A DNA stretch of 64,000 nucleotides from the NCBI RefSeq assembly GCF_009914755.1, contig NC_060925.1. One strand, written 5' to 3'. Source of the DNA: the human T2T-CHM13v2.0 reference genome, Homo sapiens. Position 1 is the stretch's first letter, and each line of letters starts with the position of its first letter. This document shows positions 29,076 to 42,583 of this stretch, in pieces. The notes below the pieces were generated by a model, which was given only the letters and a program-made list of their open reading frames with translations, had not been told where the DNA came from and made no database searches. Made by a program: the position numbers and the translations under genes.

Positions 29076-29120
<45 letters not shown>
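28792..29120 (+). mobile_element. AluS with (AAAT)n tail, inserted at the 3' end of a MIR
   Basis: Alu consensus; about 10 AAAT units; TSD aataaataatacaa(c/t)tc(c/t)t at 28773-28791 and 29112-29130. Confidence 0.96.
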
Positions 29121-29121
<1 letters not shown>

Positions 29122-29335
29122 ACAATTCTTTAGAGATGAATATTTATCTTGAAAGTTCATATAAAACACTCTACACTCATCACTCATCCCAAAAATCAGC
29201 CACAAAAGAGCAGTGAACAAAGGATAAAAAACCATAGCTTTTCACCTAGTCTTCATCTCCCAATGCCAAAGGGCTCATGGACCCATCGTGGGATCACAAT
29301 GAGAAAATTAGAAGAATCCTTAATAATCAAGCAGA

Positions 29336-29530
29336 ACAGAGTCAGCAGATGCCTTTATTTTTACAAATAAAGTTTTATTAGAACATAGCCACAGTCATTT
29401 GTTTACATATCATGTGCAGTGACTTTGATGCCACAGTGACAAAATTAAATAGTTGCACTACTTAAACTCTGTATAACACTCGGAGCCTAAAATATTTACC
29501 ATCTGGCCCTTTAAAAAAAAGTATGCCATA
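29336..29530 (-). mobile_element. hAT-Charlie MER58A-like
   Basis: aaataaagttttattagaacatagccac..catttgtttacatat..gcctaaaatatttaccatctggccctttaaaaaaaagt. Confidence 0.8.
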
Positions 29531-31277
29531 TGACCCTTGGTTTTCAGATGGGGAAACAGGGGCCCGTACAGCAAGCAGATGAGCCATCCCCAAGGTCATC
29601 CAGCAATTTGAGGCTCTGGATCTTTGAGACTAGTGCCTCCCACATCCCTTCAGAGGCCCAAATAGTCACTGTAAATCTTCAGTCACAGGGCCTGTATGCA
29701 TGCTGACAACTCTAAGTGCAGTCTGACTTCTCCCCTGGTGAGCAGAAAAATGATCACTTGCTTGCAAGAGGCCCTCACTATGCCCATGAAGGGGAGAGAT
29801 GCCACCGCCTGGAACTGGAAAGAACATGGGCCTTAGCACCATATCATCTGGGGATCAGTTTCCAGCTCCACAATGTACTGGATATTTGTTCTTGTGTAAG
29901 TTGCTTAACCCCTTGGGTCTCAGTTTCTCATCTGTCTAATGGGAGGAGTGGCTTCTTAGTTGAGCGCTTAGAGGATTGAGTTAAACGAGGCCAAGCATGT
30001 AAAAGCAACTAGCTTAGAAAATACTACCACCATACCTTTTTAAAGACCAAGACTGATAAGAGGAATCATCAAGAAAATTTCTGAGTTGACCAAATCTGCT
30101 TGGAAACATTCATGGTCTCACTTTCCAGGGCATTGTAACATCCCTTTTCCCCTGTCATGAATTATAGACTTGGTCCTGTAAATTATCTCATGGAGGCAGG
30201 TTCCTGACAGTGCCAATTTCTAAAAATATGTTGATTTGGGCTACGAATTGATTTTTTTTATTGTGATAAATTAAAATCCCGTATCATCCAACAAGACACT
30301 AACCACACAGAGACCCAATTTTTCCCCTTAAAGGTTCTATCTATTTGACATTAAAATAGATCTGGGGCAGCCATGGGCCAGTGGAAGCCCTGAACATTGA
30401 ATATAATACACAAAGAGTATGGGGGTGGTCTAGAGAGAAGAGATTGTAGAGAAAAGAAATGCAAAATTAAAAAATAGGAAAAAGAAGAGGACACTCCCTG
30501 CTTCCTGTTTGTGAGCATCAGAAAATGACTCAAATCTGTCCAGAGCAATGTTCAAGTCTAGGATTTTGCAAATACTTTATAGGGAGATCTCATGGCTCGC
30601 TTCTCTTTGGGTTTCAGATCTCTTCATTCGCAAATGTGTGGGTTAGTTCATGCCTAAGGGACCTTCCATCCCTGATATCCTATGACTAGATAATTCTGAA
30701 TCGTGGATATTTTACTGTCTATATGGCAAAACTAGCATCTTTGGTATATAGCATCTTGGGCTCCAATATCAGGGCCAGACAATTAGCATTTCATTGTAAG
30801 CTGACGTAGTCATTGTTTCCCTGTTCCTCCCTTCTGTGTTTCATTCTATCCATCCCTGAATGCCTTCCCTTTTACCTTCAGTGACCGATTAGCATCTGTG
30901 TCACATGCCAGGGTTTCCTATGCCAGGCCTGGCCGATACAACAATAAATGATCCAGGGTACCTTGTGTGGAGCTTGTAGTCTGATGGGAGTGTGAGTCAA
31001 CTCAGTATGACACAGATGATCATGTGCTAGGATACAGCAAGCAGAAGATGAAGTAGGGACATCATAAAAGGCTTTCTTAATTCTGCTTAGAGGACATAGA
31101 AAGACTGTACAGGAGATGGGACAATATAACCAATAATGTAATATTATTTAACACCTCGAGCTTTTTATTTTACTCTGCACTATTCTAAGTCTTAGAGGAT
31201 TAAATTAATCTTTCACCAACCCTAAGACATAGGTACATTTATTATCTCCATCTTATGGATGAGTAAACAGAGATACA

Positions 31278-31728
31278 TACACATTAAGAAAAATTACTTT
31301 AAACTACCTTATGACCCAGAAATCCCACTACTGCGTACATATCCAAAGAAATGAAATCAGTGTATTGAAGATCTATCTGCACTCCCATGTTCACTGTAGC
31401 ATTATTCATGATAGCCAAGAAATGGAATCAACTTAAGTGTGGTACCAGCGAATGAATATATAAATAAAATGTGGTATATATATGCAATGAAATACTATCA
31501 GGCCATAAAAAAGAAAATCCTGTCATTTGGAGAACATGGACGAGCCTGGGGGATATTATGTTAAGTGAAATAAGCCAGGAACAGAAAGACAAATATCACA
31601 TGATCTCACTTATATGCTGAATTCATAAAAGCAGAGAGTTGAATGGTGGTTATCAGAGGGAGGGTTGGGTGGGGAGATTGGAGAGATGTTAGTAAATGGG
31701 TATAAAATTTTGGTTAAATAGAAATAAT
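31278..31728 (+). mobile_element. L1MA-type fragment (ORF2 end and 3'UTR)
   Basis: aaatgaaatcagtgtattgaagatctatctgcactcccatgttcactgtagcattattc..ttaagtgaaataagccagg. Confidence 0.85.
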
Positions 31729-32701
31729 TTCATCTTTCTCTTAGTCTAGTTGCATTTCTGGAAAATTCGGTATTATGTATATGGGTAAAATACTTTGTTT
31801 ATGTGCTAAATAGGGTTAGCTTTTTAAATTCACATAATTACTAACAGGTTTTTCATCTACATGAATTTCTAGAAAGACATTAGAAAGTCATATAGCATAG
31901 GAAAATATCTTTTGCCATATGTGTCTGCCCTGAATATTGCAGATTATTTAGCAGCCTTGGCTTTTAACAATTAAATTTCTGCATTACCAACCCCTCTGCA
32001 AAAAGTTGTGACTACAAAACTGCCTACACACATTTCCTAACCACTCCTTAGAGACACAGAACCAGTCAAGTTGAGAATCTCTGAAACAAAAGAAAGAAAA
32101 TAAGCTTAGGTATTATAGAGTTCTAATTTGAATTCAATTTCTTTTGGGTGACCAGAGTGCAGCCTGGGGGTCAAATGACCAGGGTGGAACTTCATGAAGT
32201 CATTTAACCTACCTGTACCTTAGTTGATCCATCTATAAAAGGGGGATAATAAAAAATTCCAGGAACTGTTGGATGTAAATGAGACAGATCCATGAAAGCC
32301 TGCTCTAAACCACACTGTCATGTTTACAGGCTAGCCCTTATCCCCAGTCTTTTGAGAGTCCTGTGCACTGTCTCACTGACCTGGATGACAGCAACATCCC
32401 AGATACTTCTGAGTCCCAGAGAACACCAGGTCCCAGTGTGACGTTCTGCAGCCTCCTCAGCTTTTTCCTAACTCCTTCCCTGGGACATTTCCCTTTCTCA
32501 ACCTCAGTTGCTCTCTCCAAACCTTGCTCAAAACATCCAGTTTGAACTGAAAGGAGAACAGACTTGTTTTTGATGAGGCACAAATAAGGTGACATCTGGT
32601 TTTCACTGAGGAATAAATTATTAAATCAGCCCTGAAATTTAAGTGCAGTTATTGTATTTAAAACACAATTATCTATCTATTTTGAGGGACAATATTGAAT
32701 C

Positions 32702-33249
32702 CTGGGCCACTCTCACCTCCTACCTGTTATGCCTTAGTCATTTTGTGTACATTTGCTGATTCTTAACCGTGAAGTCATTTTAGTTTTTATGTAGTAAGTA
32801 TTAGCGGGCACCAGCTATGTGTGAGTCATTGTGCTAGCTAGATAGACAATAGTGATGAACAAAAAGATGGGGCCTTATTTATCTCTATCTTTATACAGGT
32901 ACCCAATATTTCCTGAGTGAATGCATATATATATCTTTCTCTTTCATATATCTGTGCCTTTAGAAATGCTGTTTTCTCTTCCCTTACTTAATTATCTGGT
33001 CCTCTCCAACTCACTCCTCCACTGCCAAGTCAGTGAAATTTTTCAGGAACATTCTTGGCAAAGTTAAACCCCAGTCTCTGAACATGGACAACTCTGTTCA
33101 CACTTGTATCTGTATCACACAATGACTCACACATAGCTGGTGCCCAGTAATACTTACTACATAAAAAATGAAATGACTTCGTGATTAAGAATTGGCAAAT
33201 GTGCACAAAATAACTAAGGCATAGCAGGTAGGAGGTGAGAGTATCCCAG
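32702..33249. repeat. Inverted repeat: 132-bp arms (32702-32833 and 33118-33249) with a 284-bp spacer
   Basis: Manual alignment of arm 1 to the reverse complement of arm 2 gives 118/132 identity with no gaps. Confidence 0.95.
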
Positions 33250-33397
33250 TATCTTGGCAGCTGTGAATTCACTTTGTGAGTCTGGGTTCACTAATGAACT
33301 ATGAGCATCTCAGGGGCAAGGACAGTGACCAATTCATCTTCAAATCCTCAGGAAACACAGGGCTGCACATGGCATAGAGTAGGGATCTAATATGTTA

Positions 33398-33637
33398 CAA
33401 GTTGAGTATCCCAAATCAAAAAATCTGAAACCTAAAATTCTCCCAAGTCCAAAACTTTTTGAGCCCTGACATGATGCTCAAAGGAAATGCTCATTGGAGC
33501 ATTTCACATTTTGGATTTTTGGATTTAGGATGCTCAGCTGGTAAGTAAATATAATACGAATATTCCAACATCTGAAAAACTCTAAAATTTGAAACACTTC
33601 TGGTCCCAAGCATTTCAGATAAGGGATACTCAACCTG
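33398..33637. mobile_element. Tigger4a/MER46-like Tc1-mariner MITE, complete
   Basis: TIRs caagttgagtatccc / gggatactcaacctg, TA target duplication on both sides. Confidence 0.92.
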
Positions 33638-34959
33638 TATTGTCTAATCATATATGGGTTATACTGTCAACATTCTATCTATCCAAGACAAACTATGGAC
33701 GAAGCAGCCCCAGTTGTAACTCCACCCCTTTTGTCTTCACTCAGGAAAGCTCATCAGAATGAAAGTGAATAACAGTGACAATAAGACAGAGATAATAGGG
33801 AATCTGCTCTAATATAGATAAAAGCATCAAATGATTTTATAAAATCATTTATAAAATTTGGTATGCTATTATTAGTAACACCTCACTAGTATCAGAGATT
33901 CTGGACCAAGCTACCAAGCTCTGCCATTTGTTAGCTGTGTGACTTAAATTATATGGACCCTGGCTTTCCCATCTGCCAAATGGTGATAATAATAGCATTT
34001 ACTTCATAGAATTGCCGTAGCATACTTAGATTGGTGTGTCTAATAGCTCTAAGTAAGTGTTGGCTCATTCAAATGAATAAGCAAAATTCACGTTTCTGTG
34101 GCAACAAGGATGTTGCGACATCTTGAAAAGTTGATGCAGACCACTGCCCTTCATCCTAAGAAACAGACTTACCTTTAGAGTCCTGCAGTATATATCATTT
34201 TTTATGATATAAAGTTGTAATAATTCTATGGATTAACATGGTGAATGGAGAGAGAATAGAGTCAGTGAGGTTCACTAGAAAGCCTTGGAGTTGAAAAGTC
34301 TGTTCTGAGTCAACAGTCAGGTCAGGGACACTCACAGAACCTCACTGCCCTTATCTGCAAAATGAAGATGACATAACTCCTTCCTCGTCATCCATCTGTC
34401 TGGTCTACAGACCTAGTAACATCATGATATATTAGCAATATCTAGGTATCTAAATGTATGAACAGCTTTCACTATTGATTTATTCCCTGCAACAAGCTAA
34501 TAATAAAACAAAATTCACTCACATAAGGATTGGGATCAGGAGTTCTTTGAAATTCAAGACAGGGTGTAAATTGCTGCAAAGGGTCTCTTTAATTGGGATC
34601 AAAACATTTTTGACAGCTTTTGGATTTTAGCTATTGTCACGTTCTGCAAATGTTTCTTTTCTTGGTTTTTAAAAAAAGTGCAGTCAAGCTTGAGCAAAAA
34701 TACCACAGATGAGATAAACAACTAAGACTGTCATTCCAAATGATAAAGGCCCAGTTTTCCACTTCTTTGATATGGAAAAAAAAACTTCATTTAGAACCCA
34801 TGCTGAACATTGAGTCAGTCCCCTGCTGGGCAATGACTAAGGTTTAGTAAACTGTTCCTGCTCATAATTTCCAGTAGAGATTTTTCAAATAAAAAGCATC
34901 AATAGATATGACTTTAAGAGAAAACATAATCTTAAAATTAGTCTCTGGACTCAACTTAG

Positions 34960-35226
34960 ATGTGACTTTGTCCAGCACTTTATCCTCTACTTGACTTTCT
35001 TCAACAATATCTCATCAGATGGTTGTTGCTTGAATACCCCCAGCGACGGTGAACTCCCTCACACAGAAGGCAGTCCATTTAACTGCCGACTGATAGAAAA
35101 GCCTTCTTACTGATAAACAGAAACCACCTCCTAAAACTTCTATCAATTAGTCTTGGTTCCATTCCTTGAGGTCACACAGAGCAAGTCAGCTCCTCTTCCT
35201 ACTTGACAACTCATATAAAGACTGTT
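34960..35226 (-). mobile_element. CR1/L3 LINE fragment
   Basis: gcttgaatacccccagcgacggtgaactc..aaggcagtccatt..tagaaaagccttctt resembles the antisense L3 3' region. Confidence 0.7.
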
Positions 35227-35228
35227 AA

Positions 35229-35459
35229 GGCTGGGCGCGGTGGCTCATGCCTGTAATCCCAGCACTTTTGGAGGCCAAGGTGGGGTGGATCACCTGAGGT
35301 CAGGAGTTCGAGACCAGCCTGGCCAACATGGTGAAACCCTGTCTCTATTAAAATACAAAAAAATTTAGCTGGGCGTGCTAGTGAACACCTGTAATCCCAG
35401 CTTCTTGGGAGGCTGAGGCAGGAGAATTACTTGAACCTGGGAGGCGGAGGTTGTAGTGA
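35229..35459 (+). mobile_element. AluS, 3'-truncated (no tail)
   Basis: Alu consensus up to gaggcggaggttgtagtga, then an abrupt switch to L1 sequence. Confidence 0.93.
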
Positions 35460-35611
35460 AGGAGGGAGAGGAAGAGAAAAAATAACTATTGGGTACTAGG
35501 CTTAGTACCTAGCTGACAGAATAATTTGTACAACAAACCCTGTGACACAAGTTTACCTATATAACAAACCTGCACATGTACCCCTGAACCTAAGTTTAAA
35601 AAGAAAAAGAA
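35460..35611 (+). mobile_element. L1PA13-16-like extreme 3' end
   Basis: aaaaataactattgggtactaggcttagtacct..gtttacctatataacaaacctgcacatgtacccctgaacct followed by an A-rich tail. Confidence 0.88.
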
Positions 35612-36009
35612 TACAAAACGTGGGTGAAGTTAGAAAAGATTTATCTTGAGAGATAATAGGCATCATTGTTAAACAAAAGGACTCAGGAGCCAGACCGCCT
35701 AGGTTCTAATCCTGCCTCTGTCACCCCTTACTGCCAGCAAGTTATGTAAACTTTTCTGTCCTTGCTGTCTTCAACAATAAAATGAGAATAATAGTACCAT
35801 CTACATCCTAGGGTTGTTGTGAGGATTAAATGACCTGGTACTTATATTTACCACAATGCCTGGCACATAATATGTATTTGATAAAGTAGCTATTGTTAGT
35901 ATCACCTCATAGGAATGTTGCAAGAATGAAACTGAATAATGTATGTAAACTGACTAACACACAGCTAGTACATGGGAGGTACTCAATAATGCGAGTTACA
36001 CCTAGCTAT

Positions 36010-36510
36010 TTTTTATTTTGGTAAAATATATGACATACAATTTACCATTTTAACTATTTTTCAGTGTGCAGCTCAGTGGCATTACATACATTCACATTTT
36101 TGTGCAACCAAAACCACTATTCATCTCTAAAAGATTCCATCTTCCCAAATTGAAACCTCATGCCTACTAAATAATAACACTTCATTTTTCCTTTTCCCTA
36201 GCCTCTGGCAATCACCATTCTACTTTCTGTCTTTATGACTGTGACTATGTTAAGTAATTCATATAAATGGTATCATACAATATTTGTCTTTTTGTGCCTG
36301 GCTTAATTCACTCAGCATAATGTCTTCAAGGCTCATACACATTGTAGCACAGGTCAGAATTTTCTTCCATTTGAGAGCTCCATAGAATTTCACTGTATGT
36401 ATATACAACATTTTGTTTATCTATTCATCCATCTACAGGCATGGGTTGCTTCTACCTTTTGGCTACTGAAAGTAATGCCGTTATGATCAGAGGTGTACAA
36501 ATATCCATTC
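36010..36510 (-). mobile_element. L1MB-type 3' fragment
   Basis: cagctcagtggcattacatacattcacatttttgtgcaacc..cattctactttctgtctttatga. Confidence 0.85.
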
Positions 36511-37372
36511 TATTACTAGTTATTTAGGAGTAATTTTTCTATACCTTTTTTCTTCAAGAAAATCCATTTTTACATTTAAACTACCATCTTACTACCCTTA
36601 TGTTATCTTCATACTAGTCAGAACAAGGAAGAGAAAATAATAATGCAAAATGACCAAGGTAATGTAACTCCGCTGGTTAAGTATTGTTTATAAAGTGCTT
36701 GATAAATTACCTTTGTGAAGTACATGATAGGTGATATATGTGGAGGTGTTTTATAAGCTGTAAAACACTGAATAAATATAAGGAAAAAGACATCTATTTG
36801 ACTCTTGTTCTCTTGGAAAACGGATCATAGAAGGTTTTTCTATTTTCCTCTTACCCCAAATGAACAGGACTGACAGTGTCAGGAGAGCTCTGGGGATGAA
36901 TCTGGGAGTTAATTGCAGCTGTAAGGTTGATGAAAACACAAACCACTTCTTTGGTGGGTTCAACAAACGTATCAGCCCTTAAATTTCCTGGTCGTGCAGT
37001 GATAGATTTCTTTTTTAAGATTGAGAACTCCATTTATTCTTTTTGATTACAGCAATTGCAAGGTGCTCCAGGTTAAACTCAAGAGAGTCTGGATGCTTTG
37101 ACCGAGTCAAAAGATGTACATGTATCTCCCTCTAGGACGTATGTCATTAAAGTTGCCAACGCACAAAGAAATTTAACTTAAACTGTCACATTACCCATTG
37201 ATCTTCAAAGCTCATCAATCTCCCATCAGATTACCAGGATAGTGTGACACTTTTATCACCATTACACTATAAGAAACACAGTGCAGCCATACTGTGGCCA
37301 AGTCAGCAAAGAGACCTGCTTTGATGGATGATCAGAGTTGATCAAGTTTGTCAGTTGCTTTATGTGTTTTTA

Positions 37373-37591
<219 letters not shown>

Positions 37592-40050
37592 TTACTTAAG
37601 TGTTTTCATTTGAAAATTCTCTCTGGTCCCAAAGGTATGTCCGATACCATCAACCAATGCCACCAATCATGCACACTGCTTTCCCTTCGCACTTCCATAT
37701 TTCTCTACTCAATGCGGCTCACATCTCCTTGGTGTTTTAGGGTAATGCTTGTCCTAGTGTTTCTAACACATTGTATAGAGAAATATTTGAATGTTCACTC
37801 ACTTAACTAATCAAAATTTATAGAATGGTGTCTAGATGTTCAGCTCAGAATTGGGGGTCCCAAGATAGACACAATATGGTTTTCATATTAATGTCTTTTC
37901 TGGGTTTTATATTAGATATGGTTTCAATCTTTTAAATGAAGGTGAGCTGCTAAGTATATTCCTACATATAATTTTATTTTTTATAATTCTGGAAAAAGTT
38001 TTCATATGAATCAATTTTAGATAATAGAAAATAAAAACAAATGCTAGACTGTCCATTTTGCTGGAAAAAAATGTGATCAATATAATTAAATGCCTATTGA
38101 TTATAATTTTTATCCAAAGATATTTTGTGTTTACCACTACCCTTGTTCCTCTCATTCTCACATTCCATTTATCAAAAAAACTGTTTCCTCACTGTCTCAA
38201 ATGTTTTATAAGCCGAAGATATGTCTATGAGTTAGTGAGAAGGTAAGCTTCACAAAAGGTTGGGGTGTTACTTTGTCCACCGCTTTATCTCTAGTGCTTA
38301 GGACAGTCCGTGGAGGGCAGGTCTGCTTAGCAAATAATTGCTAGATGAATATGTGCTATCCAGAGTCCTCCAAAGTTGATATGATTCAAGTTAAGAGTAA
38401 AGACACTTGCTTTCGAAATTAGATTCTGTGTTGGCCAGTTGCAGGAAAGCATGGGCTCCATACTAGGGTACAACTCGGGAGATAAAGACCTTTCAAGGGA
38501 TCTACACCCTGAGGTGCTGTTGCTGACCATGCATTAGGGACCTTGAGACTTCCAGCCTGGCAGAGGCTCATTACTGCCAGCCTCTAAAGATGGCAAGATT
38601 AAGCCCAACTCTCAGCAGTTATGGTTCTGGGCTTTTAGAAGAAGAAAAGTCTAAAATAATGATTTCATATTTCCAGGAGACAAAAAGTACTATGTGCTAT
38701 TCTCAGCATCAGTTTTGGGGAATGGTTGGTGTTAGAGAGCAGTAGGTATGACCAGAGGTATGAGGAAGGCACATTCTGTTGAGGATGTTTGATTATCCTC
38801 ACCTTGGGTATTGGAAATATTCTGTGGAATCAGAATATCTAAGTTATACTCCTGGTTCTGTATAATCTTGGACAAATTACTTAACCTCTTAGTTTCACTT
38901 CCTCCAGTGTAAAATCCATCATTTTTTTGCATGGTTAAGAGACTTAAATAAACATTTATTTAAAGTACCTAGCACAATGCCTGGTATACTGAAGAAATAT
39001 AATAAAAATTAATTTCTTCTAGAAAATACATGAATGTCCATTACAGTTTGTGTTTCAGTTCCTGTTTAGACACCTGCTAGGAGGAAATTCCCTCTTTCAC
39101 ACATCACCCATTCATTCTCAAGCACGTCTTGCAGACTCACAGACATGCAGAATGTATAGCACCACAGAAAACCTTAAAACTAATAGATCCAACTTTCTCA
39201 ACTGACAGATGAGAAAAATGATGAACTGAAAGGTAGTAGACCGTCCTGAGACAGCACAGGGAATTGGTCAAAGAGCTGAGACTATAACTCAGCTCTCCTA
39301 GCACTTGGTGCCGGGACCAGTGATTATCCTTTATATTGTGTTTTCCTTCTAGGGAGCCTAAGTCTCTCTCCCTACAACCCCTTCCAATCTTCCTCTTTCA
39401 GCCTTTCAAAGCTGCTCCATATTGATATAAGACCCCTCCTCCAGCAACTGCTCTCTAAAAGGTTAGAGTAACTCTTAACTCACATACAAAGCAGAGTTCT
39501 CTGTCTCTTCAATCCCTCCCCGCATTCAATGGTTTCTAGATTGCTCAATGTGCTCCTTGTTTTCCCATGAATTCACTGTGGGATGCTTTTAAGGAACATG
39601 CAGAAATGGCCAAAGTATGTCTTTGGAATCCCAGAGGTAACTCCTAATTTCTGTTTAATGCCACCCTCTCTGACCCTCTTAGCCAACACAGCACACCCTT
39701 TATGCCAAATTGCATCTCCTTTGTTTTTCCTGCTTCAATTTCCTCCTGGAAGTTACCACCATCTGACATTTCGCAAATTCATTCATTGATTGTCTGCCTT
39801 TGCCTAATAGAACAAAAGTTCAGTTGTGCATGGAACTTTTTTTATTTGGTTTGTGCCCAGGGCTGAGAATGGAGCCTAGTGTAAAGCAGGAACTCAAAGA
39901 GAAGGAAAGTGACTTTCCCTCACTTGACTTTTAAATCTGTGTTCTCAGATAGATTTGGAGTAAAATAATACATGTTACTATCCCTTTCCACCCCAATCTT
40001 CAATCTCAGCTATCCAGGATACATACAAATCAGAAAAATAATTAGCCCCT

Positions 40051-40427
40051 TGATGGTGGCCGAATGTGTCCCCTCAAATGCATGTGTTGAATCTTCATTG
40101 CCAGAGTGATAGTACCGGGAGGTGATTAAGTGATAAGGGTAGAACACTCATAGAGGGGATTAGCGTTCTTATAAAAAGGCTTCAGAGAAGGAGTTCATTC
40201 CCCTTTCTGCCCTTCTGTTTTGAGGATACAGCATGTATCCACTTTGGAGGATGCAGTAACAGGCACCATCTTGGAAGCAGAGAGATCAGGGCCCTCACTG
40301 GACACCAAACCTGCTGGCCCCTTGATCCTGGACTTCCCAGGATCCAGAACTGTGAGAAAACAAATTTGTTTTTTATAAATTACCCAGTCTCAGGCATTTT
40401 GTTACAGCAGCACAAACGGACTAAGAA
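40051..40427 (+). mobile_element. MaLR solo LTR (MST family, MSTD-like)
   Basis: ggacttcccaggatccagaactgtgagaaa..ataaattacccagtctcaggcattttgttacagcagcacaaacggactaaga. Confidence 0.88.
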
Positions 40428-42148
40428 GTGACCTCCTAAAGGAAAGTACTGAAAGGACTGTCAAAGCGGAGGAGACTCTCTCCTTCTGGTTTTATTCCTT
40501 CTTCCTTTAGGTGAGAAGAGCACAGGACAGGGTGGGGATAGGGCTACACCTTTGGTCAGGGAGAGAAGTTTCAGTGTCTCCATTTCCAAAACAGTCCTAA
40601 CAGCTCCTAGCTAACAGATTTCCTGGAATATCAAATAGCAATTAATTCCTAGCATATAGTAGTGCTGATTAGATACTAAGGCCCCCTTTGCTTGCTGGTG
40701 TCAAGTAGCTACCAAAGAATTCCCTGGTAGAATATGGCTGTAGGTAAAGAAGGATGGAAAAAGCCAACATACATGTTCCAGGAGCATTTCCACTTGGGGC
40801 TGCTGATGGTGACTTTACATGACAAATGAAAAAGAGAAGGACAATCCATAAGGTGCTATCTTTGGGGAAAGAAAAGTCCCATCTTATCAAGCATGTTTTT
40901 CTTGTGAGACAGGACTCTGGGTCAAGCTCTGAAAAACTGCACTCAGTCTAGAGTGGGCCTGCCACAAGACAGTGCCTTCAGGACACTGACGGGCTCATCT
41001 CCCCACAAGATTATTCATGGCCACTGTGCAGAACTAACAGAGGCCCAGGAGACAGCTCTGGTTAGGGAGTCAAAAGAAGTGGATATAGGTCCTGTTATGG
41101 ACTCTGTGCCTGACATTAGCCACCTGACCTAGTAAGTCACCACTGGAAACTGGAAACCAGAGAGTCAAACATTTCCTTGGGTGCCTATGCTAGAGGTTCT
41201 CTTACCCATCGTATAATTTAGTCAATATCACAATCCTGGGAAGTAAGAATTACCTCCCTCATTCTACAGATGAGGAAACATAAGGCCAGGGGATCAAATG
41301 TCCTCCTAGAACCTAAAGGGGCTAATAAGTCATAGAACTGAAAGTCAAACAGTGATCTTTCTGATTCTCAAGGTAGGAATCCTTCTACTACAATCCTCTC
41401 TTCTTTAAGAGCCCCTTTTTGGGAAACAGATTTTTAAAAAATGACCAATGATGCATGCTACAAATATGTCCAAAAGTTTATGAAAATAGCTAGGTAGAAC
41501 CAACAGCTTCCAAACTTAGTGCTGAAGAGGAACCCCAAAATGAGAATAATATTCACGTTTCTCACCTCATAAGAGTGTTGGGACACTTAAGCAAACTATG
41601 CATCTACTGCACTTCGCACAGTATGCAGGGAGGGCTCAGTAAATAACAGTTATACTTTTGAGACCTAATATTGATATGATTAAGCAATACCACGTGCTAG
41701 GCACTGTGTGAAATGATTGACACAGGCATCCTCAAGGGAGTCACAAGTAGGCAGTATCTCGATGGAGGACGTTACATATAGAGAAAAGGTCAGGCATGCC
41801 AAGCAAGAGTCACAGGCTGCCCTGTTCAGCTCAGGGGTTGCTTTGAGAATCAGATGTATGATGTACATGAAAGGGCTCTGAGAACATTCACACAGCACAG
41901 TACATGCACCCAACGTTATGACTGTGCTCTCCAGGGAACATGTAAAACATATGTGTAAATGCAGCAGGCTTCAGGCATGAATTCTGAAAACCTTAGAACG
42001 CTATTCCAGAAAGCCCCATGTAATAAGCCCGGTCTCCATTCTCCATTCTCAGTTCTAGCTAGTTACCAGCTATATGAACCAAAGGGAAAAAATTCATTCT
42101 AAGTTTCATTTTTCCCAGTTAAAAAGGGGAATATAAGTATCTTTCTCT

Positions 42149-42583
42149 GTCCTGTTTTTGACCAGAGACTGATTCCTACAGACTAGAACTGCATTCTCTG
42201 ATCTCCTGAGCCTCCTTCTCCATGGCTCCAGTTGTGTTCCACCAATGCAAGGCAGAGGCAGGAGATCAGTGGGTAGGAGAGAGAGGTCAGGGCATTGCTC
42301 CCCACTCCCTTATCATCCTTCATTTGCATCTCTGGTAGTAGCTATATTTTGTGTGGTGAGAAAGGGAGACTTTCTTATCAATTCTGCTCTCCCTGTGTTT
42401 CAGTAAATATATATCTTCCTAGGAGTGGTAATAGCTTCCCACTGTTGCTAGATTCTGAGTACCTCACCACCCCTCATTTGCTACCTTAAATTTACCCACC
42501 CATTGGAAGTAACTCCTTCATTAAAGTATCCTCATCTGGTCTTTCTGGGGTAGATTTTGGTTCTTTCAGGACTCTGACTGACA
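42149..42583 (+). mobile_element. ERVL-type solo LTR (LTR33-like)
   Basis: ggagtggtaatagcttcccactgttgctag..ccttcattaaa..caggactctgactgaca. Confidence 0.6.

Noticed and set aside
29070-29120. Alu-tail repeat in DAB1, possibly the SCA37 (ATTTT/ATTTC)n locus
   Set aside because: This is a tetranucleotide (ATTT)n of normal length with no ATTTC units, and it lies downstream of coding exons. The SCA37 pentanucleotide repeat is in the 5' non-coding introns, outside this window.
34167-34175. Perfect donor consensus AAG|GTAAGT on the DAB1 strand (pseudo-exon or recursive splice site)
   Set aside because: There is no polypyrimidine tract directly before the AG and no convincing upstream acceptor; an isolated 9-mer is not improbable in 64 kb.
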